DNA of 64,000 bases from a virus. The stretch lies in IMG/VR virus record IMGVR_UViG_3300031576_000022, positions 22,249-86,248 of that record. One strand, given 5' to 3'. The notes under the pieces are model-generated. The model did no database searches and was not told the origin of the DNA. It was given only the letters and a program-made list of their open reading frames with translations. How positions within the stretch are numbered: the stretch's first letter is position 1; the number at the start of each line of letters is the position of its first letter. Of this stretch, positions 18,784 to 28,382 are shown piece by piece. A program made the translations under genes and the position numbers.

Positions 18784-19233
18784 TTATATAATTCCAAGTT
18801 CAGCACATCTTTTGTGCCATGACCACTCCAACAATCTTAATGTTGTAGTTTTTCCTAGTGTTCTTGATCCTACAAAAAAAATATGAACATTATACCTAAC
18901 ACTAAATGCAAGATACGATTGTACAACAGCTTTTGGATTTGCACGAGATCTTTGGTATGGTTTCAGTAAATCTTCCATAGTAGATTCAATTATAATTGCC
19001 CGATATTTATATGATTGCATTCTCTGCATTTCATCAATAAATCTTTCTCTATGATTTATAATTGTAGTAACAGCATCTTCTGGATTCTTGCGTTCAATTA
19101 CTATGCATGTTGGTGATTCGATTATTGCATAGTCTCCAGTTTCAAGGGTTACTGATGTCGAATTTACAAAAGAATATGGATATTTTTCGCGAGTATCTAT
19201 TGCTATAGTAAATGGTGGAATGTTTTTTTTCAT
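18784..19233 (-). CDS. ERCC4/XPF-family nuclease
   Basis: IAIDTREK, TLETGDY, VIERK..D, ERF..E..R, IIIE. Confidence 0.9.
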   Translation of the reverse strand: MKKNIPPFTIAIDTREKYPYSFVNSTSVTLETGDYAIIESPTCIVIERKNPEDAVTTIINHRERFIDEMQRMQSYKYRAIIIESTMEDLLKPYQRSRANPKAVVQSYLAFSVRYNVHIFFVGSRTLGKTTTLRLLEWSWHKRCAELGII

Positions 19234-19255
19234 TATATTTTATATGTGTATAATA

Positions 19256-19741
19256 CTATATAAGAGCAAGTGTTCTGTTATTATCACCTATATTTTTTTC
19301 TGCAAAAAATATTTCGAGCCATAAATTATGAATTTCTATTGTTGGTTTTGCGTTAGATGGAAGAAATACGGATTGTTTAAATGTAAGTATAATTACAATT
19401 TTAATTACATAGCATTCATTAATATTTTTAATTGTATGTAGATTTATTTCTTCAAATTTATTATCTGATAAGCAAAAATGAAAACTTTGTGTTATAACAT
19501 TTTCTTTTGTTGGTGTTAAAATAGATATCTGTGCGTCACATGGTAAATCGTGTTTAGAGTTCATCCATGTTTTTAATGAAATATTTTGATCTTTTTCAAT
19601 TATAAATGGAGGGCAGGTTGTAGAGTAAATAATAGATCCTGTTTGTGTAGTCGCAATCATTTGTGTTGAAATTTTTTCGATATGGTTTTTGCTATGAATT
19701 GATTGCATGTTAATCTTCCTTGTTACTAAAAAATACTGCAT
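19256..19741 (-). CDS. Hypothetical protein
   Basis: ORF packed in the - strand operon; start probably near 19708. Confidence 0.45.
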   Translation of the reverse strand: MQYFLVTRKINMQSIHSKNHIEKISTQMIATTQTGSIIYSTTCPPFIIEKDQNISLKTWMNSKHDLPCDAQISILTPTKENVITQSFHFCLSDNKFEEINLHTIKNINECYVIKIVIILTFKQSVFLPSNAKPTIEIHNLWLEIFFAEKNIGDNNRTLALI

Positions 19742-19916
19742 TGTTTTTTATTTGTTGATAGACCATTCGTGAGGCCCTTGTTGCTCCTGGTAGCCTGGAA
19801 TAGCTTTGAGCGCTATCTGCAATGATACGATTATTGCTAGAAATAAGTCGCCATCGCCATTTTTTAGCTGCATCGCGATAATGTTCAAACGTAATACCAA
19901 ATGGTGGATTGCTCAT
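19710..19916 (-). CDS. DUF1508/YegP-family protein
   Basis: FEHYRDAAKKWRWRLISSNNRIIADSAQSY. Confidence 0.85.
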   Translation of the reverse strand: MSNPPFGITFEHYRDAAKKWRWRLISSNNRIIADSAQSYSRLPGATRASRMVYQQIKNNAVFFSNKED

Positions 19917-19958
19917 TTATTATCTCGATTTTTACTGGATGTTTGTTTTTTGGTTAAA

Positions 19959-20231
19959 TTATATATTTGATTCAAGGGTTACCGATATAATTTCTCCTGT
20001 TGTTTCATCAAGTTGAAGCGACATGGTTACCGCAAGTCCAATGCATGGAGATCCGTCATTGCCAGATCCAAGCGCACCAATCGATCCAATTTCTCTTATA
20101 GATCCTGTTATATCTTTGCACAATAACTTTGGGAAGATTTGATCTAGAGCATTTTTATTAAATATGTCTTGCATTGCGTTAAATACATCTTCTGGTATTG
20201 CACCTTTATTGCATATTTGTATTGTTATCAT
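19959..20231 (-). CDS. Hypothetical protein
   Basis: GAGG RBS; operon packing. Confidence 0.5.
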   Translation of the reverse strand: MITIQICNKGAIPEDVFNAMQDIFNKNALDQIFPKLLCKDITGSIREIGSIGALGSGNDGSPCIGLAVTMSLQLDETTGEIISVTLESNI

Positions 20232-20421
20232 TGTTTGCCTCTATTTTTGTTTGTTGATCTGATTTGTTGTTGTTGAATGGGTCATAATTATAATGGTTAG
20301 AACCTATAATATGCCATCCAGCATTGCATGATTCGCAGAGTCTTCCTTGCTTGCTTCCTGATAATACAAGTATTGCTGGAGAACCGCACCTTGGACATAA
20401 ACCTTCAAGATGTTGATGCAT
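20206..20421 (-). CDS. Small zinc-ribbon protein
   Basis: CPRC...CESC. Confidence 0.5.
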   Translation of the reverse strand: MHQHLEGLCPRCGSPAILVLSGSKQGRLCESCNAGWHIIGSNHYNYDPFNNNKSDQQTKIEANNDNNTNMQ

Positions 20422-20899
20422 GTGTATTCAATTTTTCTAGAAATTGTTTTGATTTTTGTTGGCAAGCCTTATCACACCAAACATTATTAATATTACATTT
20501 ATTACCGCGCTTACCAATTCCAATAGATAATTGAAGTTTTGTTGGATGACCATCTACAATTTCATGCAATAAAAACCCTTTCAATCTGTTGTATTCTGTA
20601 TTCATTTTATTTTTCCATTGTTCGAAAATTCCGTTTGTTTTCCATCCATGAAAAATACGTCCTAATGTTATTTGGCTATCACTAAAAAGTGTGGCTGGTA
20701 TGTTTGATGGTGTTTTTGTCATACCGTATAATGCTGCAAGATATTCTGACATATTGTTTGTACATCCTGGATATAATATAATTTCACATCCTTCTGATAA
20801 TACGTTTCCATCTTCATGTACTAAACGATAAGCATATGTACCACCATATGGTGAAGGATTGCGAGATATTACACCTCCGTCTACATAGATAAATAACAC
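20405..20899 (-). CDS. Ribonuclease HI-like protein
   Basis: IYVDGG...NPS, TNNMSEY.A, FSDSQ, GH, N.WCD. Confidence 0.88.
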   Translation of the reverse strand: MLFIYVDGGVISRNPSPYGGTYAYRLVHEDGNVLSEGCEIILYPGCTNNMSEYLAALYGMTKTPSNIPATLFSDSQITLGRIFHGWKTNGIFEQWKNKMNTEYNRLKGFLLHEIVDGHPTKLQLSIGIGKRGNKCNINNVWCDKACQQKSKQFLEKLNTHASTS

Positions 20900-20936
20900 G
20901 AGACGTTTCCCCTACTTGGCCTTTAATGCTTTTAAT

Positions 20937-23324
20937 TTAGAACAGAAGTTCTTCTTCTTCAATATCTTTCCATCCAACGTCCTCAATGCTTTTTTTTATT
21001 TCAATTGTTTCACCAATTTTATTTATTTCATTTTTAATAAAGTATGATAGATAGCTATCCCTACTTTTGTCTGGTGTTAGGCAACAATATTCAAATGCAT
21101 TTCTTGGACTAACCACTATTACTAGATTTTTTCCACGCGATAAAGCTGTATATATCCAACTCCTGTTTAATAAATTATTGTTACCTTTTGGTAGTGGAAT
21201 TATTACTACTGGACATTCGCTACCCTGAAATTTGTGTGCAGTGACTGCATAACTTAAATCAATATTGTTCTTTTTTATTGGTACTCCAACTGTAACCTGT
21301 GGGAATTCAATAATCATATGAAGTTCTTTTGGACGAGCATTAAGAACTTCATACCTTGATCCATCATTGAGTTGTTCTAGATCGTATTGTGAGTAAAATG
21401 CGCCGCGCCAAAGTAATCCAATAATAAATCCTATATCACCATTTACTATTGGCACTTCTTTTAAAAGTATATTTTCATTTGGTATATATTCATATGATTC
21501 ACAGTTTTTTGTGTTTATTACCCTATCACCGATTTTAAATGAAATTTTATTATCTTTTGTAATTGTTTTTTCGCTTGCTTCAATAACAAAATTATTATTA
21601 ATAAGTCTTTGAATTTCATTGTTAATTTTATATGTTGATATAGGAAGATCTGGATTTTTATTTGGAGTTACAACTTGAATATCATTGATGGTATATCCAA
21701 ATTTTGATGTTATTTTTTTTGTAAAGAGATCAATGGTTGATGATATAGTATTTTCATCGCATGTAGAAGGCCAGAGATATAAATCGGTGTTTTCTGAGTT
21801 AATAATTTCTGGAACAAGATGATTTTTTATTTCATGACAAGCCTTGATGATTGCGGATCCTTCTCCTTGTCTTTTGATCTTTTTTAATTCGACGTGTGGA
21901 AAACATTGGCTGCGAATAGAGTCTACAAGAAATTTACCAGGACCAACACTCGGTAATTGATTTGGATCTCCAACAATAATCAATCTGGTTCCGTGACGAA
22001 TAGAACTGATTAATGAATATGCAAGTTCTATGTCAAGAAGAGACGATTCATCTACGATGATGATGTCTAGTTCTAGTTTGCAATTTTTTCCATGCATAAA
22101 AGAAAATGATACATCATCATCATCGCCTTTTGTAGCGATTGGAACTAATAGTGAGTGGATTGTTGTAGCTTGGCGGCCGGTAGACTCTGTCATACGCCTG
22201 GCTGCTTTTCCAGTTTGAGCACACAGTGCTGTACTGAAACCAGCGAATGACTCACATATCTTCTTAATTGTAAAGGTCTTTCCGACCCCCGGCGAACCAG
22301 TCATTAATAATACTGAATTTTTACAAGCAAGTGTTACTGCTTCTGCTTGGTCATCTTCAAGCCCTCCAGTACGCGGAGTCACTTCTCCTACTGGGCTCGT
22401 AGATAACAATACCAGCATCTTTGCAATTTCTTTTTCCATATGATACATACTTCTTCTATAAATATAATCGCTTACAGCAATAAATTTTCCAAGTTCAATA
22501 TGTTGATCTAATATTTGAACAATTATGTCTTTATCAAGGTTTGTTTCTGTACAAATATATTGAATTAATAATGTTTTCAGAATACATGTATGCCCGCCTC
22601 CACGTTCCCAGTTCTTGATTACATACTCGCCACAAGCAGATATTCTTTCTGGTGATTGAAGATCAATACCATTCTTTACAGCAATAGAATCTGCAATTTT
22701 GAATCCAATACCAGAAATTTCTGTAAGTGTATATGGTTGATGTAAAACAATATCTGGTCCAGATGATTTATATTTTTTAATTATTGAATTGATATGACCT
22801 TTGTGCGCCAGTGTTCCGCTTAGTAGGGAAGAAAGCTGCAATTTTAAAGACTCATTATCTTCAATGTCTTCGAGGCGCTTTGATGCTTCAATTGCCCTAT
22901 CTACTGATATGCCAATTTTATCTGCGATACGAAGTGGTTCTGATTTAAGTATTTCAATTGATTCAGAACCAAATATGTTATAGATTTTTTTGGCTGTTTG
23001 AACACCAATACCCTTACAATTAAATGCTAGATAATCTGTAATTGCTTTTTCTGAAATTGGACGTTGACGGGAGTATTCCGAAAAATTGAATTGCATTCCA
23101 TATTCTTTTTGTAATTGAAGTTCTCCAGTAAAATTATATTCAATAGCAAGAGCTGGATGCAACATTGTTCCTTTAACACAAATTTCTGTATCGCGATTTG
23201 ATTGTTCCCATAGAAATGTTTCTCCGTCTTGAGATGAAACATTTCCTTTAGCTAGTACACGAAGGATTACAAATCCATTATCTTCATAGATTATTCGACT
23301 AATTTTTCCAGTTATTGTTTGCAT
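20937..23324 (-). CDS. recD2: RecD2-like SF1B helicase
   Basis: N-terminal YGMQF and HhH (GIGVQTAKKI, GIGFKIAD); GSPGVGKT, IVDESS, VGDPNQLPSVGPG, YAVTAHKFQGSE, YTALSRGK. Confidence 0.93.
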   Translation of the reverse strand: MQTITGKISRIIYEDNGFVILRVLAKGNVSSQDGETFLWEQSNRDTEICVKGTMLHPALAIEYNFTGELQLQKEYGMQFNFSEYSRQRPISEKAITDYLAFNCKGIGVQTAKKIYNIFGSESIEILKSEPLRIADKIGISVDRAIEASKRLEDIEDNESLKLQLSSLLSGTLAHKGHINSIIKKYKSSGPDIVLHQPYTLTEISGIGFKIADSIAVKNGIDLQSPERISACGEYVIKNWERGGGHTCILKTLLIQYICTETNLDKDIIVQILDQHIELGKFIAVSDYIYRRSMYHMEKEIAKMLVLLSTSPVGEVTPRTGGLEDDQAEAVTLACKNSVLLMTGSPGVGKTFTIKKICESFAGFSTALCAQTGKAARRMTESTGRQATTIHSLLVPIATKGDDDDVSFSFMHGKNCKLELDIIIVDESSLLDIELAYSLISSIRHGTRLIIVGDPNQLPSVGPGKFLVDSIRSQCFPHVELKKIKRQGEGSAIIKACHEIKNHLVPEIINSENTDLYLWPSTCDENTISSTIDLFTKKITSKFGYTINDIQVVTPNKNPDLPISTYKINNEIQRLINNNFVIEASEKTITKDNKISFKIGDRVINTKNCESYEYIPNENILLKEVPIVNGDIGFIIGLLWRGAFYSQYDLEQLNDGSRYEVLNARPKELHMIIEFPQVTVGVPIKKNNIDLSYAVTAHKFQGSECPVVIIPLPKGNNNLLNRSWIYTALSRGKNLVIVVSPRNAFEYCCLTPDKSRDSYLSYFIKNEINKIGETIEIKKSIEDVGWKDIEEEELLF

Positions 23325-23417
23325 TAGATATTTTAATCGGGGATCATTTCCCCTACCTGGATTTTAGTAGATTGAGATTATGTCAAAAAGTGAATTTGAA
23401 ATCAATCAATTTAGACG

Positions 23418-23453
23418 AAACCGGCCGATGGGCTTGTCTTCATCGGCCGGTTT
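23418..23453. terminator. GC-rich hairpin, probable terminator
   Basis: AAACCGGCCGATG-N10-CATCGGCCGGTTT downstream of the SSB-like gene. Confidence 0.65.
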
Positions 23454-23478
23454 ACATTCAATAGCCTTAGCTTAGATC

Positions 23479-23964
23479 CTAAAAGGGCAATTCTGGATCG
23501 TTGTCTGGTGTTCCTTGTGCCGCTACAGTAGTTTGTGCGGCTGTACCGACCTTCCTGGCGTCTTTGGGCTCCCATGATTCATGGTTTGGACTAATAAAAT
23601 CGTTACGACGATCTAACTCAATCCATGCCATTTTTCCGTTAAAGGATTTTGGTGTAAATGCCATCTTGCCTTTTGTACCTGGAAGGAGGTTTTGAATCAT
23701 ACGTCGCATTGTTCTCATACCACGATCATCTTTAGAAACAACAATATTAAAATTGTACTTAGCCCAATCTTTAAGACCGTTTGCATCCATGACAATACCG
23801 CATTTGAATAATATCATGGGACAACCATCATCCCGTTTACGTGGGGTTTCGTTACCGGATGCATCTTTTTTTGTGTCTTCTCCATCAGTTATTTCGATGA
23901 GATATACACCTTTCGGTGGATGAATCTCGGTACTTCCTTCTGTATCAATATCCCATTCGTTCAT
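23479..23964 (-). CDS. ssDNA-binding protein (DUF669-like)
   Basis: PKGVYLIEI, G.PMI.F, acidic C-terminal tail DPELPF; next to the AAA recombinase. Confidence 0.7.
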   Translation of the reverse strand: MNEWDIDTEGSTEIHPPKGVYLIEITDGEDTKKDASGNETPRKRDDGCPMILFKCGIVMDANGLKDWAKYNFNIVVSKDDRGMRTMRRMIQNLLPGTKGKMAFTPKSFNGKMAWIELDRRNDFISPNHESWEPKDARKVGTAAQTTVAAQGTPDNDPELPF

Positions 23965-24022
23965 TGTTGTATTCCCCGATACAAGGTTTCGGTTGCTGTA
24001 GTTTTGTCGCAGACAATTGTAG

Positions 24023-24940
24023 TTAGAATGGTGTCACTTTAGCTAGTTTATTTTCAAGCTTTAAGACGATTTCGTTTGCTGAATCTAAAAGCAAATCGTC
24101 TATTTGGCTGACACCCCATTGGTTTAGTGCTGCGTATTTTTTTTCTTCTGTTACTCCAAGTGTGTTAAGTAGAAGTTCTATTTTTTGTTTTATTTCTTGT
24201 GTTATATATTGAATTGGAATAGCTTTTCTAGTTATGGATTCTCCATAATATTTTTTAAAAAAATCCATATTTGCACCAGTCCAATCGATCGATACAGGCA
24301 TTTTATTGTAAAAAGAACGATGCTTATCAGTATAAAGAATATATTGATCTGTCTCTTTAATCCTGGTTGAAGAAAACACTGTATCAAATTCATAATCAGT
24401 AGACTTTTGAGAATCAAAGGTTTTTCCTATTGATTTCATCATCACTTCACTGGATGTATCATATAATGTTTTCGATCTGGCGGTACAGATAACATTAAGA
24501 TCCATATTCCTTAGTCTTAAGAAGATTCTACTCCAGAATCTATTGATGAGTTTATAATCCAATGGCTGTACTTCATAAAAATCTCCATGGTGGCCTTTCT
24601 TTTTTTCTCTTGTTCTTAGAAAAATCTTGTCCCAATATAATAAAGTTAAATCATATACAATAGTTAGTGGGTCAATTACAATAGTAGTAAAATCGTGGTC
24701 TTTTGTTCCGAGGAAGTCAAGGATAGACAGTATTTCTTCGATGCTTGTTGGGATCGGATTCCATCGATAAAATTTGAATTCATTATCATATCGATTGGTT
24801 CCACCCTCAAGATCAATATATGCAAGCTTTCCTCCAAGCTCGCTCCATTTTAAAGGAAATGACGTTTTTCCTGTCCCAGATTCTCCGTAAATAAATATTT
24901 TGGCGCGTGGAATAGATTTTGATGCTAGTTCAAACGGCAT
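24023..24940 (-). CDS. AAA-family ATPase, Sak4-like phage recombinase
   Basis: KIFIYGESGTGKT, IDLEGG, TIVIDPLT, MDLNVICTA, YEFD. Confidence 0.85.
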   Translation of the reverse strand: MPFELASKSIPRAKIFIYGESGTGKTSFPLKWSELGGKLAYIDLEGGTNRYDNEFKFYRWNPIPTSIEEILSILDFLGTKDHDFTTIVIDPLTIVYDLTLLYWDKIFLRTREKKKGHHGDFYEVQPLDYKLINRFWSRIFLRLRNMDLNVICTARSKTLYDTSSEVMMKSIGKTFDSQKSTDYEFDTVFSSTRIKETDQYILYTDKHRSFYNKMPVSIDWTGANMDFFKKYYGESITRKAIPIQYITQEIKQKIELLLNTLGVTEEKKYAALNQWGVSQIDDLLLDSANEIVLKLENKLAKVTPF

Positions 24941-25403
24941 GATTATTATTTCCCTTGTTCTTATATGGCTTACCAGATCCATACTCTTTATTTTCGTATC
25001 TCTTTATATAATTACAATTAGCACAAAGTAATTGGTAGATTCCTTGTGGTCCATTTTTTCTAATATCTCGATATACTGATTTACTGCATCCGTAAATGTT
25101 CCTTCTTCTTTCTGCACCATCTCCATTTATATGATCAACATGAAGTGCAGCGAAATGTTCATTGTATCCACACGTTATGCACCTGCCACCAAGAATCTGT
25201 ATTACTTGTAATTTTAATTGAAATGAACGATTAATATTCTGAGTATTTCTTTGGATTCTATTCCTAACATAGAAATTATTCGCATCGACCCTTCTTCTCG
25301 CCCTTCTTATTTCCTTTTTCATTTTTTCTTCAATATCAATATTATTAATAAGATCAATCAGTATGGAATCATTCTTATTGGTATCAATAAATTTATCAAA
25401 CAT
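24930..25403 (-). CDS. HNH endonuclease
   Basis: LGGRCITCG...LHVDHINGDG...YQLLCANCN. Confidence 0.85.
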   Translation of the reverse strand: MFDKFIDTNKNDSILIDLINNIDIEEKMKKEIRRARRRVDANNFYVRNRIQRNTQNINRSFQLKLQVIQILGGRCITCGYNEHFAALHVDHINGDGAERRRNIYGCSKSVYRDIRKNGPQGIYQLLCANCNYIKRYENKEYGSGKPYKNKGNNNHAV

Positions 25404-25408
25404 CAGTA

Positions 25409-25861
25409 TTAACCTTTTCTTTTGTTAGAATCGTTAATTTTACCATGACGAACGATCATCGATCCTTCGGCAATTTTTGTTTTTAAGCTTTGATTTATTC
25501 TCCATTTCTCAAGATTTTTCATGTTGGTAGAATTAATATTTTTTTTCTTTAAGTCTTTTACAACCAATTTTTTACAGCATTTTGCATATTTTCTCAAGCT
25601 TCCGCAGATACAAGGATTATTTTTAGATGGAAATGGATTTGGATCGTTAAGCACTGGAAGGCTTGTATTTTCGTAAACTAATACACGATGACGCGCGCAA
25701 CGTCTTGTGTCCTTTTTTGATTTAGCAAGATTGAAAATAACTTTTTTACTAATAGGTCCAAAACTAACCGGCTTTGAAATATTAGTAATTTTTTCTGTTT
25801 TAATTGTATTATCTTGATCATCTTCTGCTTGATTCATCTTGATATTCCTTTGCTGCCTCAA
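25409..25861 (-). CDS. SEC-C motif protein
   Basis: NNPCICGSLRKYAKCC; start probably the second Met. Confidence 0.7.
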   Translation of the reverse strand: MRQQRNIKMNQAEDDQDNTIKTEKITNISKPVSFGPISKKVIFNLAKSKKDTRRCARHRVLVYENTSLPVLNDPNPFPSKNNPCICGSLRKYAKCCKKLVVKDLKKKNINSTNMKNLEKWRINQSLKTKIAEGSMIVRHGKINDSNKRKG

Positions 25862-26120
25862 TCAGTGATCGAATTAAATATTCGATATTACAAACAGTTG
25901 CTGATTCTCGTTGTCCAGGAGCTTGATGTCTTTTTTTAACTTTGGAAATGATATTAGATAGTGATTCTTCCCATTGAGCTATAATTCCATTGTTAGGTGG
26001 AAGGCATTCGAGCAATGCCATAACCTCTTGAATTTGTGCAACAGATTTTTTCCAACTTGCTGCATCAAGATCGCAGATCCATTTTGGTGGTTTTTTTTGT
26101 GAACTACTTAGGTAGGGTTT
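25818..26120 (-). CDS. Open -1 frame continuing the Gam-like gene (or standalone ORF from 26021)
   Basis: Frame opens at the A_AAC_CCT slippery site and stays open to 25818. Confidence 0.5.
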   Translation of the reverse strand, partial: KPYLSSSQKKPPKWICDLDAASWKKSVAQIQEVMALLECLPPNNGIIAQWEESLSNIISKVKKRHQAPGQRESATVCNIEYLIRSLIEAAKEYQDESSRR

Positions 26121-27349
26121 TCATTATTAATGGGTTCGATTGAATCTTGGTTTGTGTATTTATTTTTGATTGTTTTTGCATGAATAGCATAAGCACAAAG
26201 CTTTCGCCATGTTGCTTCATCGAATGTCGCAGGTATGATTTGATCTGGATGTTTTCCAAGATGGTATGCTGTCCATATGCGAACATCTGGTTTTTCAATA
26301 ATACCAATTTCGGAAAGAGTCGAAATGAATCCACTACGAATTTTTTCAATTGGAAGAGTTTCAATATGTTCTGGCTTAACCTTATCTTGATTTGTAAGAA
26401 GTCGTACAATATCTGATTCAATAAAAGTTGTTGCATTAATTTTAAGGGCTGAATCGACAAAATGATGCGCCTGGGGAATAGAGAAAAATCTTGGACGAAG
26501 ATCAATATTGGTGCCAGATGGTCCGCCAGATGGCCCAGTAGGAGAATGGGTTGACGTTTCTTGCGTTTTTTGAATAATTGGTTTATTGGTTGTTTTATTG
26601 GTTGTTTTCTTTGTTTTTTCGGTATCAACATCTTCAATCAATTTATTCATTGGGCTAGACGTAACGATTGGAGTAAGAGGAGGTTTATCATTTACTAGGA
26701 TTGGAGTTACAGGCGATTCATCATTTACTAAATCCTTGTTTTGTTTTGGAATATTATCTTTATCATAAAACGTAGGATTAGTCTTATGGATGATTTCAGC
26801 CCAATCAATTTTATGTCCAGATTTGATGGCTAATTTGATATTATCTAGTGCTGGTTCGTATTTTATACGGACACATGCTTTTAGAATTGGATCTGAAGAT
26901 GTTGATAGTTTTTCGAGAATACTATTTAGTTCTTCATTATCAATCTTTATTTCGATAGGATATGATCCATGTAATTGCATACGACCACTTGGACAATCAT
27001 AGTGTTGTCCAACTAATTTATCTTTTGTATATGATATCAATGCTTTTTGTACTTGATGTTTTACTGATGAAATTATATCTTTTGTTTCTTGGCGATCCCT
27101 TGAGTGACGATCCATGACAGTTTTATATGCAGAATCTTTTGTTTCGGCAATGGCATCGAGTTTGATAATAATTCGCATTGCATCATCAGCATCAGCTTGT
27201 GTCCATTCTTTTGAATCGATAATATTTAATTTGTTTAAATCAACACTAGAAATTTCATGTGGAATTCGATCAATAATTTTTGGATTAATAGAAGGAATCA
27301 AGTTCATCAACATATTATTGATAGCAGAGATTGCGCTGGCCTTACTCAT
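26108..27349 (-). CDS. Gam / siphovirus Gp157-like protein with long C-terminal extension
   Basis: Coiled coil, then PSGRMQL and VRIKYEPALDNIKLAIKSG..I..AEI; low-complexity linker; within the recombination cluster. Confidence 0.55.
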   Translation of the reverse strand: MSKASAISAINNMLMNLIPSINPKIIDRIPHEISSVDLNKLNIIDSKEWTQADADDAMRIIIKLDAIAETKDSAYKTVMDRHSRDRQETKDIISSVKHQVQKALISYTKDKLVGQHYDCPSGRMQLHGSYPIEIKIDNEELNSILEKLSTSSDPILKACVRIKYEPALDNIKLAIKSGHKIDWAEIIHKTNPTFYDKDNIPKQNKDLVNDESPVTPILVNDKPPLTPIVTSSPMNKLIEDVDTEKTKKTTNKTTNKPIIQKTQETSTHSPTGPSGGPSGTNIDLRPRFFSIPQAHHFVDSALKINATTFIESDIVRLLTNQDKVKPEHIETLPIEKIRSGFISTLSEIGIIEKPDVRIWTAYHLGKHPDQIIPATFDEATWRKLCAYAIHAKTIKNKYTNQDSIEPINNENPT

Positions 27350-27743
27350 GGTTCATCATCTCCTTGAATTCCTCACGAATTGAATCTGAGGTATCGGTAA
27401 TATACTTTTCAGTTATATTACCATTGCTTTCTTTTGCTATTTCTTTTAGTAGTAATTTTAGGTGATCTACCCAAATCGCTACTATACTGGTAGGTGTTCC
27501 GAGTCTGATTGGTTTGAATATAAATATTTCTTTTCCATTTTTTACGGATGTTTCGGTATATGTAACTCCAAATGTTGGAGTATCATCGTGAAAGTCGTAC
27601 CAAAATCTTTGGATATAAAATGGTCCTGTTTTTATCTTTAGTCCTTCAATACATATTGATGTTGGATTCAATACGATGCCTTCTAGATCAAGTTCTAGGT
27701 CGCTGATCTTTTGAATGAATTCTTCATCCATCAGTGTCATCAT
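27342..27743 (-). CDS. Hypothetical protein
   Basis: ORF coupled to the downstream gene. Confidence 0.5.
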   Translation of the reverse strand: MMTLMDEEFIQKISDLELDLEGIVLNPTSICIEGLKIKTGPFYIQRFWYDFHDDTPTFGVTYTETSVKNGKEIFIFKPIRLGTPTSIVAIWVDHLKLLLKEIAKESNGNITEKYITDTSDSIREEFKEMMNHE

Positions 27744-27977
27744 GTTTATATGTTACCAACAATGATTGGAAATGGAAGAGAAATAGAAATCATTTTTTCG
27801 ATGAACTGATAATTTCTATGATTGGGGGAGGAAATGGAATAGCTACTACTATTGGTGGTGGTTGAGACGTTTGATGTACTAGGTAGGGTTGGATCGGTCT
27901 AGAAGTCGGTTTGAGGTTGGTGTTGTTCGTGCAGTCCGCTTGGCCTGACACGCAGGAAGCCATGGAGCTGCTGTATT

Positions 27978-28361
27978 TCAGAGTTTTTTTCCGCGCCATC
28001 TACACGAAAAAATTAACGTATTATCCTTAATCATTTCTTCTGGATCTAATACACAAGGTTTATCCTTTTCAGGATTTCTACAATAAACAGTATTACAAAG
28101 GCATCTACGATATACATATTTGATGGATTGATCAAAAAATTTACGAAGCTCTAGAATATCTGCTATTTCTCGTGGAGATAATGGAATGGGTTGCCCTTTG
28201 CGACCAATAAATGCATCGTTGATCCGAAAAACGATCTCGAAAACATCGCGAATATTCCAGTTAACCTGAATCCTTTCCCTGATTTTCGCTTCTTCCTGTT
28301 CTTTTTCTGTTTGTTCTGGTTCTTGTTCTGTTTTTCTTGCTTTGTCTGGTAGATCGTTCAT
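27978..28361 (-). CDS. Hypothetical Cys-cluster protein
   Basis: RCLC...C...C...C C-terminus; follows the tail-tip block. Confidence 0.5.
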   Translation of the reverse strand: MNDLPDKARKTEQEPEQTEKEQEEAKIRERIQVNWNIRDVFEIVFRINDAFIGRKGQPIPLSPREIADILELRKFFDQSIKYVYRRCLCNTVYCRNPEKDKPCVLDPEEMIKDNTLIFSCRWRGKKL

Positions 28362-28382
28362 GTATGCTGTTATACCATATTT

